Assembly (NCBI GenBank): GCA_000388065.2
Contig: KB932208.1
Strand: one strand, 5' to 3'
Source of the DNA: Fonticula alba ATCC 38817
Taxonomy: Eukaryota; Protista; Nucleariida
DNA length: 64,000 nucleotides
Both the position numbers and the translations under genes were made by a program. This document shows positions 51,782 to 63,098 of this stretch, piece by piece; the first letter of the stretch is position 1; every line of letters begins with the position of its first letter. The notes beneath the pieces are model-generated. The model saw only the letters and a list, made by a program, of their open reading frames with translations. It was not told the DNA's origin and searched no databases.

Positions 51782-54700
51782 GGTTTCGAGAAAAGAAAAG
51801 GGAGGGGGAAACGAAACGGGGAAATGGACCTCTTTTCGTTGTGCTTCCAGGGCGTTGTTCCCTGGGCTCGGTGAACGGTGGCTCTTATATACGCTGCGCC
51901 CGGGCGGGGGAGCGAAGGTGGGGTCGGGGGGGGGGGGGGGGGGAGGGAGGGAGATCTCCCCCACGTCCCCGCCATCTGCGCCGCTCAGCAGGGGGGTCGC
52001 GCCCTGCCCCCTCCCGCTCACGACGCCGGGGACGGGAGAGGGCGAGAAAGAAAGAAAGAGTGGACGCCATTTGCCACCGGAGGACCGGGAACATGCCGGG
52101 CTCTCCTCTCGACACATGCCACCGGTTCCTCGCCGCAGGTTGCCACGGAGTCCGGGACGCCCGGAAGACCAAAGGGGCAAAGGGAGGCGACAAAAAGTGG
52201 CCCCCGGGCCCTCCGCCGCACAGCGACCACACAGGATGGGCAGCCGGGTGCAGAGGGGGGGGGGGAAGACGACGAACTTGCCGACCCACGACCGGGAGCC
52301 CGGAGGTGGAGGCACGCGACGGTGGGGGCGGGGCCGGGCCGACGCCGGACCGCCGGGTGGCCATCAAGCCGGACAGCGCTCGCGGGGGGGCCACCCATTG
52401 GCCAAGGAATAATATCCCCCCCTCCCCCCGCTCCCCGCGCCTCGGGCCAGGCGGGGTGAGTAAGCAGCGTCGGGGCGGGAGGGGCCCGGACGGGCAGCTG
52501 GCCGGGCCACTGGCAATGCGGCGGGGACTTGGCCAGTCGCGTCGGTCAACATGCATTCCAACCGAACCGCAGCCAGCCCTCGCTAACTGCCTCGCGCCAG
52601 GATGGAGCCCCAGCGCCAAGAGCAGGCAAAGCAACACAATAAGGGACGGACGGGGAAACGCCCGGGGGCGAGAACAGCAACGCCGCCGGCAGGATCGCCT
52701 CCCGGAAGGTCGCGCCCCCCTCTCGCATCAGCTGCACGGCCCTGCCTGCGCTCCCGTTGGGTCTCTCCTTCTCCCGGCGCGNNNNNNNNNNNNNNNNNNN
52801 NNNNNNNNNNNNNNNNNNNNNNNNNNNNNNNNNNNNNNNNNNNNNNNNNNNNNNNNNNNNNNNNNNNNNNNNNNNNNNNNNNNNNNNNNNNNNNNNNNNN
52901 NNNNNNNNNNNNNNNNNNNNNNNNNNNNNNNNNNNNNNNNNNNNNNNNNNNNNNNNNNNNNNNNNNNNNNNNNNNNNNNNNNNNNNNNNNNNNNNNNNNN
53001 NNNNNNNNNNNNNNNNNNNNNNNNNNNNNNNNNNNNNNNNNNNNNNNNNNNNNNNNNNNNNNNNNNNNNNNNNNNNNNNNNNNNNNNNNNNNNNNNNNNN
53101 NNNNNNNNNNNNNNNNNNNNNNNNNNNNNNNNNNNNNNNNNNNNNNNNNNNNNNNNNNNNNNNNNNNNNNNNNNNNNNNNNNNNNNNNNNNNNNNNNNNN
53201 NNNNNNNNNNNNNNNNNNNNNNNNNNNNNNNNNNNNNNNNNNNNNNNNNNNNNNNNNNNNNNNNNNNNNNNNNNNNNNNNNNNNNNNNNNNNNNNNNNNN
53301 NNNNNNNNNNNNNNNNNNNNNNNNNNNNNNNNNNNNNNNNNNNNNNNNNNNNNNNNNNNNNNNNNNNNNNNNNNNNNNNNNNNNNNNNNNNNNNNNNNNN
53401 NNNNNNNNNNNNNNNNNNNNNNNNNNNNNNNNNNNNNNNNNNNNNNNNNNNNNNNNNNNNNNNNNNNNNNNNNNNNNNNNNNNNNNNNNNNNNNNNCACA
53501 CACACACACTCACAATGGAATAGGCTACAAAATAACACGCGCATGTTGGTCTGTTGTGCGCAGGCGGCCATTGCCGGGTGGCACGGGCAGCGGGGGCACG
53601 GGCGAGGGCCTCCACACTTTCACACCACAAACTCGGGGATAATATTCGCGCTACTATAAAGGCCCTTCTTCGGTCCCGTACGAACCTGCCACTCCGACGG
53701 GCCGAAAGGCTCGCCAGAATTCCTCACCCCGCCCTGGGGGGCTCGACAGCACAAACACATTGCCCCCGGGTCCCCGAGAACCCCCGCGAGGCCGTCTCGC
53801 TCTCAAGACGACCCGAGGGGCACGCTCTGCCGATCGTCGTCAGCCCCCAGCTCTCCAAGCAGGGGCGCCCATCCGCCCCGGGACTTGGCCTTCTCGCACC
53901 GGCCGGCCGGGCCGGTGACGCCACCGCCGTGTTCCAAGGGCAGACACCCCATCCCAGGGTCTGGGGCTTGTTTTTTTGTTTTTTGTTTTTTCGCAACCTG
54001 CTCCCCGCATGCCAGAATCACCGACATGTGCACGCCTCCCCCCCCCCCCCGGCCACACCGCCCCCCTGAAGAGCAAGGACATGCATGGGGCCCCCTCCAC
54101 TTGCCCGTCTCTTCTCGGTCCCGGGCCGAAGCCCTGCCCATGCCCGGCGCTTCCCCGAACTAGCGCAGCTCCCTTGGGCCTGCTCTTGCCCGGCGGGGCA
54201 GCCCACAGATGCCCCAACCACGGACCTGCCCGAATCCGGTCCAGACCTTCCCGCGCGCCGCCCCCCCAACGCCCGAGGCGCTCCCCCCCCCCCCCCCGTT
54301 GACGGCTAACCAACCGGGACAAGGGAGGGGCGCAGTTGCCAAGACCAGCCGCCCTGGGGCGAAGGGCGGGGAATGCCCGGGCAGCTCAACACACGGGGTC
54401 AAGGACCGGGGGACGCGGGGGGACGGGAGGGGGGAGGGGCAACCGGAGCCCCAGGTGCGTGCGGTGTGTACGCACGCACACCCACCCACCCAGACACATA
54501 CATCCGCAGCCACGCAAACATGCGCACACGCGCTGTGGCGAGGCCCGTGCCAGGGCCCCCGGCCCTCGGCTCCGGGGAGGAACGCTGGCCACCGCTGGGC
54601 CTTTCGGAAGGGGCCGGTCCCCGGCACGCCGGTCTGTCTCGGGCGGTTGGCCGACGGAAGGCCAGTTCCGACGGGAGGCCAAATCGGGCAAGGGTGCCAG

Positions 54701-55197
54701 CCCCTGGAGCGATGGCCGGCTCCAAACACCATGTCTCAGCCGCATCACGCCCGCGGATGAGCACATGATCCAACAGACAGACCAATCACACCGCGATCGC
54801 TGAGGCGGCCGGATCTCACGTAACTCACGCACACACAGGCATCTCTTACGAGGCATCGGTTTTTATCCTTTTGCACACCATCATACGCGCAATACACAAG
54901 TATTTATATCCCCCCTGCACGCATGCGCGCGCAGCGCATCGTTCACTTCTCGCCACGAACGGGAGGAGAGGCAAATGTACACGGGGGAAAGGAAAACACG
55001 ACACGGGCGGCAGACATGGCCGGGAGAAGTGGCCCTCCCTCGCCGGGGAGGGGCCGCGTTGACCCTTTGCCAGCATCATTCACCAGGCGCCGATGTGCTT
55101 CTGCCTCTGGTTTCCGGGTCCTCCCCCCGCCAAGATGGGGAGGGAGGGCGGAGGAGGGAAGGTGAAGGAAGCACATGAGGGGAGGGGAGGGGGGCAC

Positions 55198-58100
55198 CTA
55201 CTTGCGAATGTTGACCTTGATGAAGGGGAAGTCCACGTCCTCGTCCGTGTCGTTGTCGCTGGCCGACAGAATGAGCACCACCGAGTGGATGTGGTCCTCG
55301 ACCTGGGTGTTTTCCCCACCATTTTATCGCACACACGCGCGGCCACACGGAGCCCATTGGGAGTGTCAGTATAGAGGTCTTCCTTGTCCTAATGATGCCC
55401 ACAGAGGGGGGAGAGTGATGGCGCCGGCACCCAGGCAAAAAGACAGGCAGCAACAGGCCCACGTTGGAACCCCGCCCGGGGGAAGAAAAGGAATGGAGGA
55501 AACAGAACACAGGAACAGAAACCCCCCCCCCCCCCCCCCCGCTACCCCCTCGCCGGACAGGAAGGGCAGCCAAAGGCCGGCCACGCACCGGCTTGTGGAG
55601 GACCTCCTCCAGGACGTCAGTCAGGCGGGCCTTCAGGCGGGCGGCCTGCTTCTTCATGTCCATGAAGATGGCATACAGCATGGACACACCGGAGCTGATC
55701 ATGAAAATGCTGACATTGTAGTCGCGCTCGATCTGGGTGTTGATCTCCTCGATGGTGGGGTTGCCATTGATCTCAATGCAGTCCCACAGGGTCCAGGAGT
55801 GCTCGCGGAACTTGGTCACCGCCGGGGCCACCGGCTCGGAGAAGGTCACGAAAGGCAGGGCCAGGTTGATGAAGGCATTCTTGTAGGCCTCGATGTTCTT
55901 CTCCTGGCGGATGACCTTCAGCGTCTCCAGGCAAATGAGACCGGTCACCAGGGCCGTGGTGGTGGCAATGGCCGGGATAATGCGCCCGGCGATGCCCTTG
56001 ATCTTGTGACGATCGGCATTCTGGATGCCATAGTTGGACGCCCGGAGGTTGGCCACGGCCGTGACAAAGTCAATGTGGAAGTTGCTGTCATCGTCCTTCT
56101 CGAACTCCAGCGGCGAAACCTCAACCAGGTCGCCCAGCGACGAGGGGGCCGGCAGGCCGGCCGCCTCGGTCAGCAGCCGCGACATCTGGTCCTCATTGAG
56201 GGAGCCACCGGCCGCCTCGGCCTCGGCAGCCGCCTCGCTGTCCACGGTGTGGATCTTGACATTGCTGGCCGGCACGAACTCCGGCACCACCACCGCATCC
56301 AGCAGAATGCGATACCCGGCGGCCGTGGTGCCATGCGTGCCGCCGGCCTGGGCCAGCGGCTGCTCCACCTCATCCGGCACCGGGATGCCGAACACCTGGG
56401 CAATCAGCCGCGAGGCGGCCTCAATGAAGGACAGGTGCGAGGGCTCGGCCGGGTCGAAGACCAGCGGCGTGGGGCAGAGCTTGGGCGCCGTCCAGAACAG
56501 GTGCCCATTGCTGGTGACCGCGTCCGGCGGGAAGTTGAACAGCAGCTGCTTGATGTTGTTGGCGAAGTGGTGCTCAAACTGGTGGCGCGCCCAGGCGACA
56601 CACCCCTCGAAGGTGGTCGGCCGATCGGCACGCAGCAGCCCGGCAATCGAATCCAGGATGTCCTTGAAGCCGGCCTCCTCGGACATGTGCTCCACATACT
56701 GGCGCAGGATGTCCGCATCGGAGGCGGCCCCAGGACCACCGGCCGCGGCCAGGGCATTCCGAGTGAACTTCAGGAATTGGTTGACCTGCTGCGGGCCATT
56801 GGCGAAGACCCCCTCGAACAGGTCGCGACCCCATTGGATGGTGTGCTCAATGGCATTGGGGAAGTTCTTCAGCGTGCAAATGGCGATCGAGGCCTCCGGC
56901 GGGTCCTGCGAGCTGCTGTAGGACTCGGTGATGTCCGGCAGGACGACCTGGGTGTTGCCCCGGGTGCCCAGGGTGCCGGACTCCATGAGCGGCTTCCGGA
57001 AGAAGACACACCGGCGGTCCACATACCGCCGGGCTTCCATGTTGTCCAGGGCATTGGCCACGCAATCGATGTTGGCGAAGAACTCGTCGCCGAAGATGTG
57101 CTCGGTCTCCTCGCCCACGCGATCGGCCATCGGGTGGATCTTGCCCTGCAGGTCGGGGTTGATGGAAGCCGCGGCGGCCGCCGCGCAGGCGGACTTCAAC
57201 TTGCCGACATCCTGATTGCGGAAGAGGAACTGCCGGTTGAGGTTGCTCCGCTCGATGGTGTCCATGTCGGTGACGGTGATCGAGCCGCCCGGGCCCGAGG
57301 CAATGCCCATGAGGGCCCAATTCTTGAGCATCTCACAGCCAATGGCCCCGGCACCGACCAGGAACAGCCGATACCCGGCAATGGTCTTCTGCATGGTTTG
57401 ACCGAAGATGGCAATCTGGCTGTCATACCGGCTGCCAACCGGGGCACACTCGGCCTCGGTCAGCCCGGGGGGAACCGCCTCCAGGGCATCGAAGAACAGC
57501 CACTGGGAAATGGGCGTGAACTTGCCGGAAGTGGCCTTGAGCACCTCCTGCGCGACAATGCCACCAACCGTGCCGCACATGGGGGCCGTCGCACCGGCAT
57601 ACTGGTAGGCAAACTGCCGGAGGAGATCGGTGTCCGGCTTCCACTCGGTCAGCCCATGGTCGGTGGCCACCGCCTGGCACAGGGCCACCAGGGTGTTGGC
57701 ATCCTCCTCATTGCGAGGGCGCGGCATGCGGCCGTGCTCCTCCACAAACCGGTGCCCCGCCTGGAAGGCGATGTGCAGCTGCTCCGGGCGGTCCATCTTG
57801 GCGAAGTCCGACACCAGCAGGTCGACCCCCATGCAGGGCAGGGCAGTGAGCTTGGCGCGCAGCGGCTCAAAGTGCATGGTCACCGGCATCTTCACCTCGA
57901 TGGCCATGCCGCCACCCTCATAGGCCGGCAGGCCGCTGGTGTCGCCGATGGAGAAGGTATCCGGCGAGAGGACCTTCACCGGCCGGGGGGCGCAATCATT
58001 GAGGGCCGTCATGCCGCGCACCCCGCGGAAGGTGACATGGGCACCATCCTCCAGGTTGTGGCGCTGCTCCTCCACACAGGCCACCACACTCTCCTTCTCG

Positions 58101-58990
58101 GCCGTGATGCCGGAGATGAGGAAGCTGGCCGGCTCATTGCCATTGGGGTCGGTGACCACAAAGGAGTCGCCGAAGTCATTGAAGATGCTGGCAAAGGTGC
58201 CGCGCGACTCGGTGACCACGGTGCAGCCGGTGGGGGAGAGCTTGCGCTGGGCCTCATTCAGGGCCAGGGCCACCTTGTGCGACTGGTTCACCACCACCAC
58301 CACCTGGAAGCGCTTGTGCGACAGGAGGGCCTCGGCCATGGTCGGCTGGGCCAGGGCGTCGAAGGGGAGCTCCGGCGCCGAGTCGAAGACCGACACCTCC
58401 ACATACGGGTTGAGCTCCTTCAGCTGGGGAAGCGAGGCCTTGGCGCGGGGCTCGCCGATCTCGGACAGGTAGAACTGCGTGCCGAGGTCGGCCAGGGCGG
58501 TGGGCGTGTTGTCGAAGAGAGTGAGGGACTTGACACCGGCGAGGACGATGTTCTTGGCTGAGGGGAGGGAGAAGAAGTGCAGGTCAGTTTGCNNNNNNNN
58601 NNTGAGGGGAGGGAGAAGAAGTGCAGGTCAGTTTGCTGGGGCGGGGGGGGGGGGGGGGGAGCAGGAAGGAGGTGGCCATTGTCATGTACCGATCTCAATG
58701 CCAAGGCCGTCCACACCGACCAGCAGCACATCCGAGGAGGACATGCGCTTCATGGCCTCATGGCCGAAGACGTAGCTGCGAGGGCCAGGGTCGTGTGAGT
58801 GAGTGGGGGGGGGGGGGGACAAAAGCATCAGGAGGAGGTGGGGCACAGGGGGGAGGGGGGAACATACAGCTGGCGGGAGTAGAGACCCTCATCGATCTTG
58901 GAGGAGTCGGTCATGGTGGGGATGGGCGCGGCAGGTGAGTCGAGCCGGGGGCGCTTTTGCTCGGAATCCGGAACAGTAAACGCGGCTGGG
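55198..58990 (-). CDS. UBA1: Ubiquitin-activating enzyme E1; exons 58868-58990 (internal ATG 58914), 58690-58775, 55589-58557, 55198-55302; probable extra 5' exon 59916-59989
   Basis: IDEGLYSRQL|YVFGHEAMKRM, FLVGAGAIGCEMLKNWALMG, VTDMDTIERSNLNRQFLFR, catalytic ICTLKNFPNAIEHTIQW, FEKDDDSNFHIDFV, IIPAIATTTA, C-terminal UFD. Confidence 0.98.
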
Positions 58991-60986
58991 CTGCGCGTGC
59001 GACGGAGGGGGGAAGGGGAGACATTAGCCAGCGGTGGAGGGAGGCACGCGGTCCGAAGGGGAGGGAGGGGGGGGGGGNNNNNNNNNNNNNNNNNNNNNNN
59101 NNNNNNNNNNNNNNNNNNNNNNNNNNNNNNNNNNNNNNNNNNNNNNNNNNNNNNNNNNNNNNNNNNNNNNNNNNNNNNNNNNNNNNNNNNNNNNNNNNNN
59201 NNNNNNNNNNNNNNNNNNNNNNNNNNNNNNNNNNNNNNNNNNNNNNNNNNNNNNNNNNNNNNNNNNNNNNNNNNNNNNNNNNNNNNNNNNNNNNNNNNNN
59301 NNNNNNNNNNNNNNNNNNNNNNNNNNNNNNNNNNNNNNNNNNNNNNNNNNNNNNNNNNNNNNNNNNNNNNNNNNNNNNNNNNNNNNNNNNNNNNNNNNNN
59401 NNNNNNNNNNNNNNNNNNNNNNNNNNNNNNNNNNNNNNNNNNNNNNNNNNNNNNNNNNNNNNNNNNNNNNNNNNNNNNNNNNNNNNNNNNNNNNNNNNNN
59501 NNNNNNNNNNNNNNNNNNNNNNNNNNNNNNNNNNNNNNNNNNNNNNNNNNNNNNNNNNNNNNNNNNNNNNNNNNNNNNNNNNNNNNNNNNNNNNNNNNNN
59601 NNNNNNNNNNNNNNNNNNNNNNNNNNNNNNNNNNNNNNNNNNNNNNNNNNNNNNNNNNNNNNNNNNNNNNNNNNNNNNNNNNNNNNNNNNNNNNNNNNNN
59701 NNNNNNNNNNNNNNNNNNNNNNNNNNNNNNNNNNNNNNNNNNNNNNNNNNNNNNNNNNNNNNNNNNNNNNNNNNNNNNNNNNNNNNNNNNNNNNNNNNNN
59801 NNNNNNNNNNNNNNNNNNNNNNNNNNNNNNNNNNNNNNNNNNNNNNNNNNNNNNNNNNNNNNNNNNNNNNNNNNNNNNNNNNNNNNGGGGACCCGCCTAT
59901 TTCTGGCAGGCATACCCTGCGATTGTCCTTGTCTGGCGCGGCCCGTGCGGTGGCCGCCGGGCGGCGGGACCCACATCGTCCGGGGGCATCGGGCCAGGGC
60001 GGGCTCAGGTAAGCGGCACACAGCGCGGCCGGCGCGGTGGCGCGCGACTGGGCTGGGAATGAAAAAAAAATAAAATTGCGCATCGAGAAGACTCCGCCAC
60101 TAGACCGCCATCCCCCCCCCCCCTGGTCATCTCCCCCGAGGCGCTCCCGGCCGGGATACATCCCAGCCTGTGGGTAACCACCGCCCTTGGGTGTGGCGTC
60201 GAACGCCGCCGGCGCCGACTCCAGTCGACCACTGCCCGCGGAAGGGTCGGCCGGACATCCGGACACCTCTGCCGGTGTGAACCCGGGCGGAAGTTCGCCG
60301 CCGCAAGGTGAAATGTGTGCCCGTGTGGAATCACGATATGTGCACGTGTCACCGCGTGAGACGACCCCTGGCCCGCACAGTTATCCCCGGCCCGGCTCCA
60401 AAATGGGAAGTGATCTGCGAACAAGTGTAGACGGGCCGTGGAACCGAACAACCATATCGTTCTATCTCTCCCGGGATTGAGGGCGCACCCCCCGTCCGTG
60501 CGCGCGGATGCGTGTCCTTGCCGAAAATGCCCCCCCCCCCCCCCCCGCCCGGTCCGTCTCTTCATGCTGGCTCCCCCTCTTTCTATCTCTCTCCCAAAGT
60601 CGACGTGCGACACGGCCCTCACCCTTCTCGCCGATCACAGAGGCCCGGTCGCAGAACTTGTGAGACCTCCCGCCCCCCCACCCCACCCCGCCCGAAGGGG
60701 GCTCGAGGCCAGAAGGATGCATCGTCCCCGGGGGTGCAGTTCTCGCGAGCGCCGACTTTTCCAGATCATGTCCAGATCGCCGCCCGAATCGGGCAGTCCA
60801 GCGGCCGGACTTTCGCGCCTTCGGAGGCGTGTCCCGCCCTGCCCGCCGCCGCCCCCCGTCGGTCAAGTAGCCAGCATGGCAGGGGCATTGGGTAGAGAAG
60901 AGCTGCCGCGGGGGTTGCCACCTTCGGGCTCTCCATCTCCGATTGTACCCCCGTACTTGGAACCTTCCCCGGCGGGGGGCGGCGAA

Positions 60987-61030
60987 GGGGGGCCGGGGGC
61001 CGGGGGCCGGGGGCCGGGGGCCGGGGGGCC
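60987..61030. repeat. (GGGGGCC)n tandem repeat, about 6 copies; G-quadruplex-competent
   Basis: Read directly, in the UBA1/HECT intergenic region. Confidence 0.85.
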
Positions 61031-61438
61031 TGGACAGCGGCCGAAGCAGGCCGGGGGGCAGGCAGGCAGACAACAGCAGGGGCGGCGGGTGCAGCACGGG
61101 GGGGGGCAGGAAGCGCACCATGCCCTCGGGCGGGGGCACATCCCCCCGGCACAGAGCGGCTCCTTTTCCGCTGTTATTGTTTGCCGTTCAGCTCAGGAGC
61201 GGGCCCCGCGCGCGGGATCTTGGCTTTTCAAAAAAGTGTGTGTTAATATCCCCCGTGGAGCGTCAGCAACCTCTCCTCCTCCTCCTCCTCCTCTTCTTTC
61301 TCCTCCTTCTGCTTCTCCGTCCCTCATACTCCGCTACTCCCCATCATCTTCCCCGCCCGGTCCCTCTCCTAGGCTTGCCCTAGCCCCGTTCTTGTGCTCT
61401 GCTTCCTCCCCATCTCTGGGTTGGTTGTTGCCGCTCTC

Positions 61439-61492
<54 letters not shown>

Positions 61493-61529
61493 CCTACGGT
61501 TGGTGCTTTGCTGATGCGCTGAGACCAGC

Positions 61530-62330
61530 ATGTCTCTATCCGTTTCGGAAATAAGTTTTTATCAGTTGTCTCTGAAAATCATCGGAGCCACGCCCAATCC
61601 CTCGCTTTCTGGTGGCCATCTTTTCTGCACCATTCGCTTCGAGCGCCCGCCGCACTGCCGGACCCTTCCCCTGGCCAGTCCCGTGTCGACCCCTCACCAC
61701 ACGCTCAAAAAGGCTGTCTGGAATATCCTCTTCCAGTTGTATGTGCCCCCGGCTCCCCCCCCCCGGCCCCCCCTCGGCCCCCCTCCCCCCACATCCATCG
61801 ATCCGCCCGGGGATAGCTGCACGGCCTCGGCCCCTCGTGCACTCTCTTCATGCCTTCCTCCCCGACTGACTCTTTTCCGCCCCCTCGCCAACCCATCCCA
61901 GCCATATCTCCTCCGACGACAAGCCCATCATCGAAGTCTTTCACAAGGTCGCCCGGACAGAGATCCTCGTTGGTCGCTTTGAACTTCCACTTCCAGAGCT
62001 CTTTGGCATCTTCCGCTCGACCTCCCCCTTTGAGCGTGCGCATGCTCTCCCTCCGCGCCCCCACCCCCCTGCCTCTGCCTCTGCTCATCCCCCTGCGAGC
62101 GTGCCTGCTGACACCGAGCTCCTCCGCCGGCCTGGATGCCCCTGCCAATGATGGGCTTCAGTTTCCCCTGTGAGAAGCCTCCTCTCAGACAAGGTCTCCC
62201 TCAAGATCAGGCATTCGGTTGTCAAGATCAACCGCCCTCAGTCGTGCGTCTCCGGCCGCATGTTTTACTCTGCGCCACCGCCCGGCCACATTCTCTGCCC
62301 CGTTCTCGCTCTCGTTCTCGCTCCTGCACC

Positions 62331-62363
<33 letters not shown>

Positions 62364-63067
62364 GCACACACATACACGCATCCACCTCCCCTGTCACTGT
62401 CTGAGCAGCAGCCAGCCGCGAAACCCCATCCAGCCGCCACCAAGCTCCACGATGTCGCAGTCCAACAATGTGCCCCTCCCGCGGGGGTACGTCTCCCCCG
62501 CCAGCACGTCGCCCCTCGACTGCCCTCTCCTCCGCGGTTGTCGCTAACCTCCCTAACTTGGCCCTCGGCTGTCCCAGGTGGGAAATGCGGCGTACGCCAG
62601 ACGGACGCCCCTACTATGTCGACCACAACACTCGGACCACACACTGGGAGCGGCCGGTTGTCTACGATCCTCGCAATGTGTCGCCGGATTTCAACTACCT
62701 CATCCAGAAGCCCGCCGATGGACTGGCCATGATTCGGCGGACCCTGCCGCCCGGCTGGGGTGCGAATATGCCGCTCTTTTGTGCCCACACGCTTGCCCCG
62801 CCATCGCATCAGCGACCTAATATCTCCCCTCCCCGGTGTTCCTCGCGTGCACAGAGGTCCTGCTCAACCCGCGGCCCGGCCTGCAGTACTACTACCTCAA
62901 CCACAATGATCGGAGCAGTACCTGGGACTATCCCGCCCTGCCGCCCCTGTGGGAGTACAAGTTCAACGATGTAGGCACCATCTACTTCGTGGACCATTCC
63001 ACTCAAACCACCACTTGGGATGACCCACGTGTGCCGGCCGCCGCTATGTGCGTGTCTCGCGTCTCTG

Positions 63068-63098
<31 letters not shown>

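Noticed and set aside
55175-58561. 1128-aa + strand ORF (and the 518-aa ORF at 15696-17252)
   Set aside because: Antisense shadows of UBA1 and mitoferrin caused by strong GC3 codon bias.
58559-58636. 34-nt direct repeat in a UBA1 intron
   Set aside because: Duplicated across a 10-N gap; overlap artefact.
60005-60018. CTTACCTG on the - strand resembling the U1 snRNA 5' end
   Set aside because: No U1 stem-loops or Sm site follow; it reads better as a + strand donor or chance match.
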